In this document: positions 1 to 6,010 of the stretch, piece by piece
Layout of the letters: each line of letters begins with the position of its first letter
Numbering within the stretch: the first letter of the stretch is position 1
Assembly (NCBI GenBank): GCA_050010515.1
Contig: JBEKKX010000050.1
Coordinates: forward strand, 1-14,678
Origin: Candidatus Bathyarchaeia archaeon
GTDB taxonomy: Archaea > Thermoproteota > Bathyarchaeia > Bathyarchaeales > Bathycorpusculaceae
Direction of reading: 5' to 3'
Length of the DNA stretch: 14,678 nt
Position numbers and translations under genes: made by a program
Notes under the pieces: model-generated
What the model was told of the DNA's origin: nothing
The model's database searches: none
The model's input: only the letters and a program-made list of their open reading frames with translations

Positions 1-132
1 AAGGCCTACGAACTGGAGTCTCATCTGTTTAAGGAGCATTGGAGCTTCATACGCTACTACAATTACGTAAGGCCTCATGAAGGAATAGACTATTTAACTC
101 CAGCGGAAATATACCTCAAAGAAAAAGTGTAA
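1..132 (+). CDS. C-terminal end of a DDE transposase (integrase core, IS481/IS3-type), cut by the window edge
   Basis: Not in the ORF track. Frame 1 reads KAYELESHLFKEHWSFIRYYNYVRPHEGIDYLTPAEIYLKEKV*. YNxxRPHxxxxxxTPxExY is the characteristic rve/rve_3 C-terminal motif. Confidence 0.88.
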   Translation, partial: KAYELESHLFKEHWSFIRYYNYVRPHEGIDYLTPAEIYLKEKV

Positions 133-152
133 GGCTATTTCTAGATAGAACA
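1..152 (+). mobile_element. Right end of an IS481-family-like insertion sequence; probable right terminal inverted repeat at ~127-152
   Basis: The transposase stop overlaps a segment ending ...GATAGAACA at 152 (reverse complement TGTTCTATCTAGAAATAGCCTTACAC). TGT...ACA termini are typical of IS481. The left end is outside the window, so the IR cannot be confirmed. Confidence 0.65.
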
Positions 153-348
153 ATCCATAGCAATCCCCAATAAGGATTTAACTGTGGTGAAGTTGCACTC
201 ATGTTTGCTCTATTCATGCGCTTTTCAGATTTTAAGCTTTTCAACAAAAACAAAACAAAAATTACCAAGTTTTTAACCCTTGAATGTACTCGGTAATAGC
301 CTTAACCGTTTAATGTTCTTTGCAGAATAGAAAGAAACTTAGAAATAA

Positions 349-945
349 TTATGGAGTATTTGTCCACACTGGCGTAACAGTCCAATTGGTAACAATGCCT
401 TCGTGATAAATATCTATGTCAATTATTGCGTATTGTCCTCTTGTCAAATTTCCAAGTTGTAATGGACCAAGAGGACCAAGATCAGGATTGGCTAAAACTG
501 AAACAATTGCAGAGTTAGTTCCGTAATTGTAACCGTTAACGAAAGGAACAGTCATGTTAATTTCTAACAAACCAGTACCAGAGTAAGCTATAACCTTTAA
601 TCCTGCATTATACGCTGTGCTGTTTCCCATGTTAAATGCTGCACCTTGGATGAAAAGTCGCCAATAAGCTCCCCAAGCATAAGGCTGTCCAATTGCACTA
701 CTATTTCCTATCTCGGTTACTCCTAATTGTGTTACGATATGCGGGTTGGTTAAATTTGGTTCTTGGTCTATTTGGCTTGTCAAATTAGCTATTTCATTAT
801 TTTGATTTGCCATTTGAGTGCTCAACGATGCTATTTTAGAATTTTTATCGTTTACTACTCCGTTATAATAGAATATCGTTCCAGCAATTGCACTTATAAA
901 GAGAATAGCTATCAAAACTGATATAGCTATTATTTTTTTATTCAT
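349..945 (-). CDS. Hypothetical secreted or membrane-anchored protein (N-terminal signal/TM helix, short coiled coil, beta-rich C-terminal domain)
   Basis: 198-aa ORF. MNKK plus a hydrophobic stretch, then heptad-like KIASLSTQMANQNNEIANLTSQI, and several NxS/T sequons. Confidence 0.8.
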   Translation of the reverse strand: MNKKIIAISVLIAILFISAIAGTIFYYNGVVNDKNSKIASLSTQMANQNNEIANLTSQIDQEPNLTNPHIVTQLGVTEIGNSSAIGQPYAWGAYWRLFIQGAAFNMGNSTAYNAGLKVIAYSGTGLLEINMTVPFVNGYNYGTNSAIVSVLANPDLGPLGPLQLGNLTRGQYAIIDIDIYHEGIVTNWTVTPVWTNTP

Positions 946-1018
946 TCTATCTCTCTGATATTTCTATTCTATGCTACGCAGTTGAGTTACCATTCAAGCT
1001 CTTAAAAACGTACTTGTA

Positions 1019-1046
1019 AGGATTTCTTGACATAGGATTTCTTGAC
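1019..1046. repeat. Tandem 13-bp direct repeat AGGATTTCTTGAC (1019-1031 and 1034-1046)
   Basis: Exact match seen in the sequence with a 15-bp period, upstream of the 349-945 gene. Confidence 0.9.
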
Positions 1047-1224
1047 TTGAGGTTTAGGTCATTTCTACGCTTTTCAGATTTAAGATTTATCATCAATGAA
1101 AGAGAGAGGGTTTTAGTCATATAAGTGCTTAAGTAATGATTCTTGGCTAAACAACTCAGGATTTGTATTATAGATATGTGAAAGTGATAAAGTCATTCCC
1201 TTACATTTCATGTTGATTAAGGCT

Positions 1225-1355
1225 TTGAAAATTGCTCTGTTCTCAACATCAACATCTAAACAAGCCAAGAAGAAGACGCATTGATTACTGCTGGATTCGA
1301 ATATGTACGGTTCGATGATAAAGAAAGCGTTCCAATCTACAGGAAAAGAAAGTAG
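1225..1355 (+). pseudogene. Remnant of the C-terminal tail of a Bathyarchaeia-type tyrosine integrase
   Basis: 1260-1355 reads TSQEEDALITAGFEYVRFDDKESVPIYRKRK*. This matches, from memory, the LIxxGFEYV...RKRK* terminus of bathyarchaeal site-specific integrases. There is an in-frame stop at 1257-1259, an upstream ALF segment lies in another frame, and there is no start or catalytic core. Confidence 0.7.
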
Positions 1356-1488
1356 CCATGTTTTTGAAAAAAGGCATTTTCCATTAAATTTATGCATCTT
1401 CCAAGTGGAAACCAGCCTAAAGCTAATCCAACGCTTACATGGGAACTCGACAACATTCAGCAGGCTTGCGTTAACATTTGCCTTTGTT

Positions 1489-1505
1489 GGAAATGCTTAA
1501 TTAAG
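1489..1505 (+). promoter_or_regulatory. Probable BRE/TATA promoter of the pfdB operon
   Basis: Purine-rich GGAAATG followed by TTAATTAA (1497-1504), about 35 nt upstream of the TTG start at 1540. Confidence 0.55.
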
Positions 1506-1539
1506 AGCTTACCGTATTGCTGATACGGAAGGATAAAAT

Positions 1540-1911
1540 TTGAGTGATGAACTTTCAAGATTACCGCCTAACGTGCAAGAAAGGCTTCTTAGACTGCAAC
1601 AACTGCAGCAAACTTTACAGTCAATTTTAGCGCAGAAACAGCAGGTTGAAATGGAAAAAGCAGAAGTAGAACAGACAGTAGCTGAACTGCAAAAAACAGT
1701 TGAAGACGCGGTTATTTACAAGGCAATCGGTTCATTGTTGGTTAAAGCAGAGAAGACGAAAGTAACCGAAGAACTGGTTGAGCGAAAAGAGCTTTTGGAT
1801 ACAAGAAGCACTGTTCTGGCAAGACAAGAAGAAAGAATGCGCAGCCAAATAAAAGAAGCCCAGACAAAACTCCAAGAAGACCTAAGTCCAGTTTCTCAGC
1901 CATCATCGTAG
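1540..1911 (+). CDS. pfdB: Prefoldin beta subunit
   Basis: 123 aa. LPPNVQ...QQLQQTLQSI...YKAIGSLLVK gives the coiled coil/beta-hairpin/coiled coil pattern of archaeal PfdB. TTG start. Confidence 0.95.
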   Translation: MSDELSRLPPNVQERLLRLQQLQQTLQSILAQKQQVEMEKAEVEQTVAELQKTVEDAVIYKAIGSLLVKAEKTKVTEELVERKELLDTRSTVLARQEERMRSQIKEAQTKLQEDLSPVSQPSS

Positions 1912-1913
1912 AG

Positions 1914-2210
1914 GTGAAGTTTGTGGTAGAGCTGGGGATACCAGAGCTAACCACTGAGCAAATAGAAATTTTATGTTCAACAGCAGAGAACGCAGCTAGA
2001 AAATACGTTCTCTCTAAAGTTCACTCTAAGATGGTTGATAAGTTGGATATTTGTGTGGAAGCCGCTGGGTCAAAACCAGTAAATGTTACTGTAGAAATAG
2101 ACCTTGACTTGGCGCCAGCAGCCAAAGACATTAATGCAAAAATGCTGGTTAAAGAAGCCATAAACGAAGCCCATAAAGCCAGTGAAAACTACTTGAGAAA
2201 AATAAAATGA
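1914..2210 (+). CDS. DUF3194-family protein (real start possibly GTG at 1923, after a GAGGTG RBS)
   Basis: IPELTTEQIEILCSTAENAARKYV...VTVEIDL pattern. Its position between pfdB and a DHH gene is a familiar archaeal arrangement. Confidence 0.8.
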   Translation: MKFVVELGIPELTTEQIEILCSTAENAARKYVLSKVHSKMVDKLDICVEAAGSKPVNVTVEIDLDLAPAAKDINAKMLVKEAINEAHKASENYLRKIK

Positions 2211-3214
2211 ACGATTTCCAAAATCTAACAAAAATTTTAGAAGATAATAAAGCAGCTTTTGTCCTTTTATTATGCCACCGCAGTGCAGACGCTGATGCAA
2301 TATGCTCAGCTTTCGCGTTGCAGGGTTTGCTAAAACGGTTTATGCCAAATGTTATAATTGAAGTTGGATGCCCTCAAGGCATCAACAAGCTTTCCAAGCT
2401 GCTTCTTGAATATCTGCCTATAACTGTTAACTTGAACCCGAACATTGAATCAGCAGACGTCATCGTACTCTTAGACACGAACACTATTGAACAGCTTGAT
2501 CAAGTGGCTACGGTAATAAAAGAATCTGCAGCGCCAAAAGTAATTATTGACCATCACTCTCAGAACCCAGAAACAACTAAAATCTGCAACTTATGCATAG
2601 TAGATGAGAAAGCAGCTGCCAACTGCGAAATAGTCTATAAGCTTTTCATGCAAGCAAAAACTGATCCTGACCCGAACGAGGCTAAAGCTTTGTTTATTGG
2701 TATAGCTTTTGATACGCGACATTTTGCTTTGGCAAATTCATCGACGCTACAAATCGTCGCTAAACTGGTAACTCAAGGAATTGATGTGCAGGAAACATTG
2801 GCGCAGTTTGCTCTACCAATAGACTCTTCTGAACGCTTAGCGAAGTTGAAAGCTTGCAAAAGAGCTAAAATCGTAAGAATCAACGGGTGGATAATTGCCC
2901 TCTCCCATGTTAGCGCTTACCAAGCCTCAGCAGCTAAAGCCCTAGTTGATTTAGGGGCGCACATGTCGGCTGTTGCGGGGCAGAAAAACGGGAAAATAGC
3001 GATAAGCCTACGTTGCACACGCCAGTTCACTGAGCAGGCAGGTGTCAATTTAGGAAAGGACATTGCGGCGCCTTTAGGTGAATACTTGCAAGGAACCGGC
3101 GGAGGTCACGCCATGGCGGCTGGGGTAAGCGGCACTGGCGAGATAGAGCCAACGCTTAAGCAGTGTCTGCTGCTGTTGAAGCGGGTTCTGTGTACTTCTC
3201 GTCACCCAACTTAA
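2207..3214 (+). CDS. DHH/DHHA1-family phosphoesterase (NrnA/RecJ-like)
   Basis: Motifs HxxADADA, LLDT, IIDHH, DTRHF, SLR and GGGH. ATGA overlap with the upstream gene. Confidence 0.93.
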   Translation: MNDFQNLTKILEDNKAAFVLLLCHRSADADAICSAFALQGLLKRFMPNVIIEVGCPQGINKLSKLLLEYLPITVNLNPNIESADVIVLLDTNTIEQLDQVATVIKESAAPKVIIDHHSQNPETTKICNLCIVDEKAAANCEIVYKLFMQAKTDPDPNEAKALFIGIAFDTRHFALANSSTLQIVAKLVTQGIDVQETLAQFALPIDSSERLAKLKACKRAKIVRINGWIIALSHVSAYQASAAKALVDLGAHMSAVAGQKNGKIAISLRCTRQFTEQAGVNLGKDIAAPLGEYLQGTGGGHAMAAGVSGTGEIEPTLKQCLLLLKRVLCTSRHPT

Positions 3215-3238
3215 TTTTCTTTTCCATGTGAAAAATCG

Positions 3239-3802
3239 TCACCTAAACAAGTTATCTTCTGTGTAGAAATCCGATGCCTTTGGTGTCATCTCTTTAGGAA
3301 GGCTCATACCTAGAAAGTTTCCAAGCAATTTATAAGTCAGGTCAAGTGTCTCCTGTTCATCTTTAATGGAACGATAGTAACAGTGCAGAATTTCATGTAT
3401 GTATAAAGCGGCTAAATTAAAAACAAATGTTTGCAGATTTTTTAACATAAGTCTTGTAAGTGGTTCAAAATTAAGATAAATCACGTTTTCTAAGTTGCTA
3501 GTCATAGCGAATCCTAGAGTTTGCCCTTTAGGTTTTTCTCGTTGGTGCGAATAATAATTAGACTGCTTTTCTATCCTTTCGTACTCTGCCTGTTTTGCAA
3601 TAAAAACTAATTTGATGACAGGCTCTTCAGAATTTAAATGATTTTTTACATAAGCACAACAATCCAAGAACAAGTGATCAACAAAATTATTGAAATCATT
3701 TTGAAAATCGGTTTTTTTCATTATATCCATTAACTGAAGTGAATACAGAGTTAATTTTGAGTTCTTTGGAATGTCAAAGTCCGCTTGCTTTACATTAGCC
3801 AT
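3239..3802 (-). CDS. Hypothetical protein with an HExxH zincin-like metallopeptidase motif
   Basis: 187-aa ORF. LYIHEILHCYY is followed ~8-10 residues later by Glu residues (DEQE) as a possible third ligand. AT-rich. Confidence 0.65.
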   Translation of the reverse strand: MANVKQADFDIPKNSKLTLYSLQLMDIMKKTDFQNDFNNFVDHLFLDCCAYVKNHLNSEEPVIKLVFIAKQAEYERIEKQSNYYSHQREKPKGQTLGFAMTSNLENVIYLNFEPLTRLMLKNLQTFVFNLAALYIHEILHCYYRSIKDEQETLDLTYKLLGNFLGMSLPKEMTPKASDFYTEDNLFR

Positions 3803-3960
3803 TAATCAATTACCTAAGCTTTGTTTCTTAATTAGCCGTATTTGTGTAAGGGTTATTTAAAACAACCGAACAGTTAAACGATGCCCTTGATTTTCTACTG
3901 TCGAAGGCGAGAACAAGTGGAAAACTCTAATACAAAATGCAAGTAAACACTAAATCTTTG

Positions 3961-4297
3961 TAGGTGCCTAATTATAAATAAATTTCATGTTTAAGGATTT
4001 CAGTACCCTAAAAATATGGGTGCCTAAAAGTTAAATATCTGCAAACGTATTAGAATAGTTAGGTGCCTAAAACGAAACTACAAACACAAGTATCACGCAG
4101 GAAAAATAGTAAAGAATATACAAAGTATCTCATTGTAATACCTTCAAAAACTATTAACCAACTGCAATGGACAAAAGGAGACCAACTGATTCCTACAGTT
4201 GACGGAAAAGTGTTAAGAATAAAGAAAGCACGTTAGCCAAAAACCTTATTTAGTTGTTAGGTGCCTAATATTACTAAGTGACTTATGTAAGTGCCGA
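3961..4297. promoter_or_regulatory. Cluster of palindromic (T)TAGG-TG-CCTA(A) operator-like sites
   Basis: TAGGTGCCTAA at 3961-3971, TGGGTGCCTAA at 4017-4027, TTAGGTGCCTAA at 4059-4070 and 4257-4268. Degenerate copies are TAAGTGACTTA (4275-4285) and TAAGTGCCGA (4288-4297). Confidence 0.75.
4063..4236 (+). CDS. Small AbrB/MazE/SpoVT-type DNA-binding protein (57 aa)
   Basis: Not in the ORF track. GTG start, MPKTKLQTQVSRRKNSKEYTKYLIVIPSKTINQLQWTKGDQLIPTVDGKVLRIKKAR*. IxIPxxxxxxLxWxxGDxL is the swapped-hairpin signature. TATA-like TTAAATA at 4031-4037. Confidence 0.88.
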   Translation: MPKTKLQTQVSRRKNSKEYTKYLIVIPSKTINQLQWTKGDQLIPTVDGKVLRIKKAR

Positions 4298-4386
4298 GAG
4301 AGGGAGTCGAACCCTCGCTCAAGAGCATGTGCCCCCGCCAAAGGACAACGTCACGCTCAAGCTCGTCCATCCCGAATTGTCTCGGC
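4292..4386 (-). ncRNA. tRNA-like RNA (tRNA mimic or degenerate intron-containing tRNA), 95 nt
   Basis: Perfect 7-bp acceptor stem GCCGAGA/TCTCGGC plus discriminator A. Perfect T-arm GAGGG-TTCGACT-CCCTC. D-arm-like TTCG-GGATGGA-CGAG. The anticodon arm is replaced by an extended helix. Confidence 0.75.
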
Positions 4387-4423
4387 AATTACTTTTATTT
4401 TTTTATGAAAGCTTAACCATTGA

Positions 4424-4810
4424 TTATGTAAGTTGTTTCTTTTCTATCTTAGTTTCTCTGCCAGCTTGTTTACTTGAAAGAGCATTATGTCCTGTTTCCG
4501 TAAGTGCATAATAGATTGTTTTTCTTTTGCCTATATGAAATCCTACAACGTAATCAAATTTCATCAATTTATTAAGGACATCTACAGTATAGATTATAGA
4601 TAGGTTAGCTTTCTTAGCAAGTTGTTCTCTTGTGAGAGGTTCTTGAGCATTTAGCAGGACGTCTATAACTTTCGTTGTTCCAATTGTTGTAGTAAATTCA
4701 AGTTCGGCAAATGTTTTCTGCACATCTGCTATAGTTTGGCGTTTTCCGCCTATTATTACTACTTTTGAAGATATGTCAACTGTTCCTTTCAACGTCATTT
4801 TAATCATCAC
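4424..4810 (-). CDS. Winged helix-turn-helix transcriptional regulator (TrmB/MarR/ArsR-like)
   Basis: PLTREQLAKKANLSIIYTVDVLNKLMKFDYV...YYALTETG is an HTH plus wing with a YxLTxxG ending. An AGGTGA RBS overlaps the annotated GTG, so the true start may be a few codons downstream. Confidence 0.85.
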   Translation of the reverse strand: MMIKMTLKGTVDISSKVVIIGGKRQTIADVQKTFAELEFTTTIGTTKVIDVLLNAQEPLTREQLAKKANLSIIYTVDVLNKLMKFDYVVGFHIGKRKTIYYALTETGHNALSSKQAGRETKIEKKQLT

Positions 4811-4982
4811 CTAGAGATTACACATTAGTTATATTTAAAGTTACTTAATTGTTAGTCTAATCACCAATGGAATCTGGCAAATGCTGTTTAGTTGTAAGCT
4901 TAAAAATCATGATTAAGTGTTGGTGAATTGGTAATTTAGCTAACAAAACAACTGGTGTCTAAACCTACACTTATATCATCAG

Positions 4983-5040
4983 CCGAAATTTCACATGAAC
5001 CCCATTTCAACCGAAGACTTCACAGAACCAGAATCAGGAA
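4983..5040 (+). repeat. Direct repeat, copy 1 (~58 bp; 32-bp perfect core CCGAAATTTCACATGAACCCCATTTCAACCGA)
   Basis: 4983-5014 is identical to 5925-5956. The next 26 nt match at 19/26 by manual alignment. Confidence 0.95.
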
Positions 5041-5247
5041 CTTTTTTTAATTAACGCTTGTTGCTGTGAGCTAGCAACAACATATATCTATATATTGAGT
5101 TTTGTATAATTGAGAGCAGTAATTCATAGTCTGCTTTCATAAATTATTACTTACTTCTTTGAGGTATTATGGTTAATAATATATAGGTGTGTTTACAATA
5201 TAACAAAAGCAAGAGTGAAAAAGGATAGTGATTCTTTGGGATTAAGG

Positions 5248-5334
5248 ATGCCAGCAAGAGCAATAATAAAAAAATGCGCTCATCAAGTCATTAATAAAAA
5301 CAGAGAAGTTTTTGATGAGTTAGCAAACCATTAA
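5248..5334 (+). CDS. Putative minimal Phd-like antitoxin peptide (28 aa; 39 aa from GTG at 5215)
   Basis: Not in the ORF track. MPARAIIKKCAHQVINKNREVFDELANH* ends 27 bp before the Doc gene. The amphipathic ...NREVFDELA ending resembles the neutralising C-terminal helix of Doc antitoxins. Confidence 0.65.
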   Translation: MPARAIIKKCAHQVINKNREVFDELANH

Positions 5335-5361
5335 ATCTTTAGTCTTTCATTTATCGTTTTT

Positions 5362-5880
5362 ATGTCTATTCCTATCAGCGTTGAATTGCTAAAAGCATTA
5401 CATGAAAGTGTTTTAGAGGATGACCCTAAAGCAATAAAGGGGTACAGACAAGAAAGTATGGTGGATTGTTGTTGTGAAAGACCGATGAGAAAGGTATATG
5501 GTTATGTACCTTTTCCAGATGCGGTTGATAGAGCCGCCGCTTTAATGTTTTCAATTAATGCTTTTCACCCATTTATTGATGGATGTAAAAGAACATCTTT
5601 ACTCGCAACCTATTTCTTTCTTCTTTTTAACGGTATTCAGTTTGATATTACCTATGATATGATTGATTTAACAATTAAAATCGCTGACCGTAAAATTTTG
5701 GATGAAGCAATAGTTTCGGCAAGATTAAGACCGCACTGCAGGAAGAATTTAGTCTTGAGCATTTACAGCAAAACAATTTTTCCATTAATACACACCGATA
5801 TTCATAAAAATGAAAACTTACTTGCACTTTTTATAATTCCTCTAATGGATTCCACAAGAAAAATCTGGCCTAGAGCTTAG
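5362..5880 (+). CDS. Doc/Fic-family (death-on-curing type) toxin
   Basis: 172 aa. LKALHESVL, RAAALMFSI and the Fic motif HPFIDGCKRTS (Doc consensus HxFxDGNKR, here with Asn replaced by Cys). Confidence 0.92.
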   Translation: MSIPISVELLKALHESVLEDDPKAIKGYRQESMVDCCCERPMRKVYGYVPFPDAVDRAAALMFSINAFHPFIDGCKRTSLLATYFFLLFNGIQFDITYDMIDLTIKIADRKILDEAIVSARLRPHCRKNLVLSIYSKTIFPLIHTDIHKNENLLALFIIPLMDSTRKIWPRA

Positions 5881-5924
5881 CATCTTATGGCTTCGGTAAC
5901 CCTTTTAAAACCGCGAGCTAGCAA

Positions 5925-5982
5925 CCGAAATTTCACATGAACCCCATTTCAACCGACAACTTCACAGGACCTGAAGCGGAAA
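5925..5982 (+). repeat. Direct repeat, copy 2
   Basis: Partner of 4983-5040, offset by 942 bp. The two copies bracket the antitoxin-Doc pair. Confidence 0.95.
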
Positions 5983-6010
5983 ATAACCAAAAATGAGTAG
6001 CTACGCTTAA

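Noticed and set aside
1113-1500. ORFs 1113-1397 (-) and 1303-1500 (+)
   Set aside because: No recognisable motifs. They overlap the integrase remnant in other frames and the pfdB promoter.
1512-1528. Hairpin CCGTAT/ATACGG before pfdB
   Set aside because: Only a 6-bp stem around the presumed transcription start. It could be an operator but is too weak to call.
4292-4386. Functional tRNA-Val(GAC) with a canonical intron, or a simple att-site tRNA fragment
   Set aside because: C8, A10, G14, G32 and a U27-U43 mismatch, with no bulge-helix-bulge. Both acceptor strands are present, so it is not merely a duplicated 3' half.
4278-4511. 77-aa plus-strand ORF
   Set aside because: Antisense to the tRNA-like RNA and the wHTH gene, with no protein-like features.
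4983-5956. CRISPR array or mini-array (the repeat contains ATTTCAAC, like some archaeal CRISPR repeat ends)
   Set aside because: Only two copies, 942 bp apart. Similarity continues past the would-be repeat end, there are no spacer-sized gaps, and no cas genes are present.
5936-5975. C/D-box sRNA in repeat copy 2 (ATGA...CTGA)
   Set aside because: No proper RUGAUGA box C, the span is too short, and CTGA is not conserved in copy 1.
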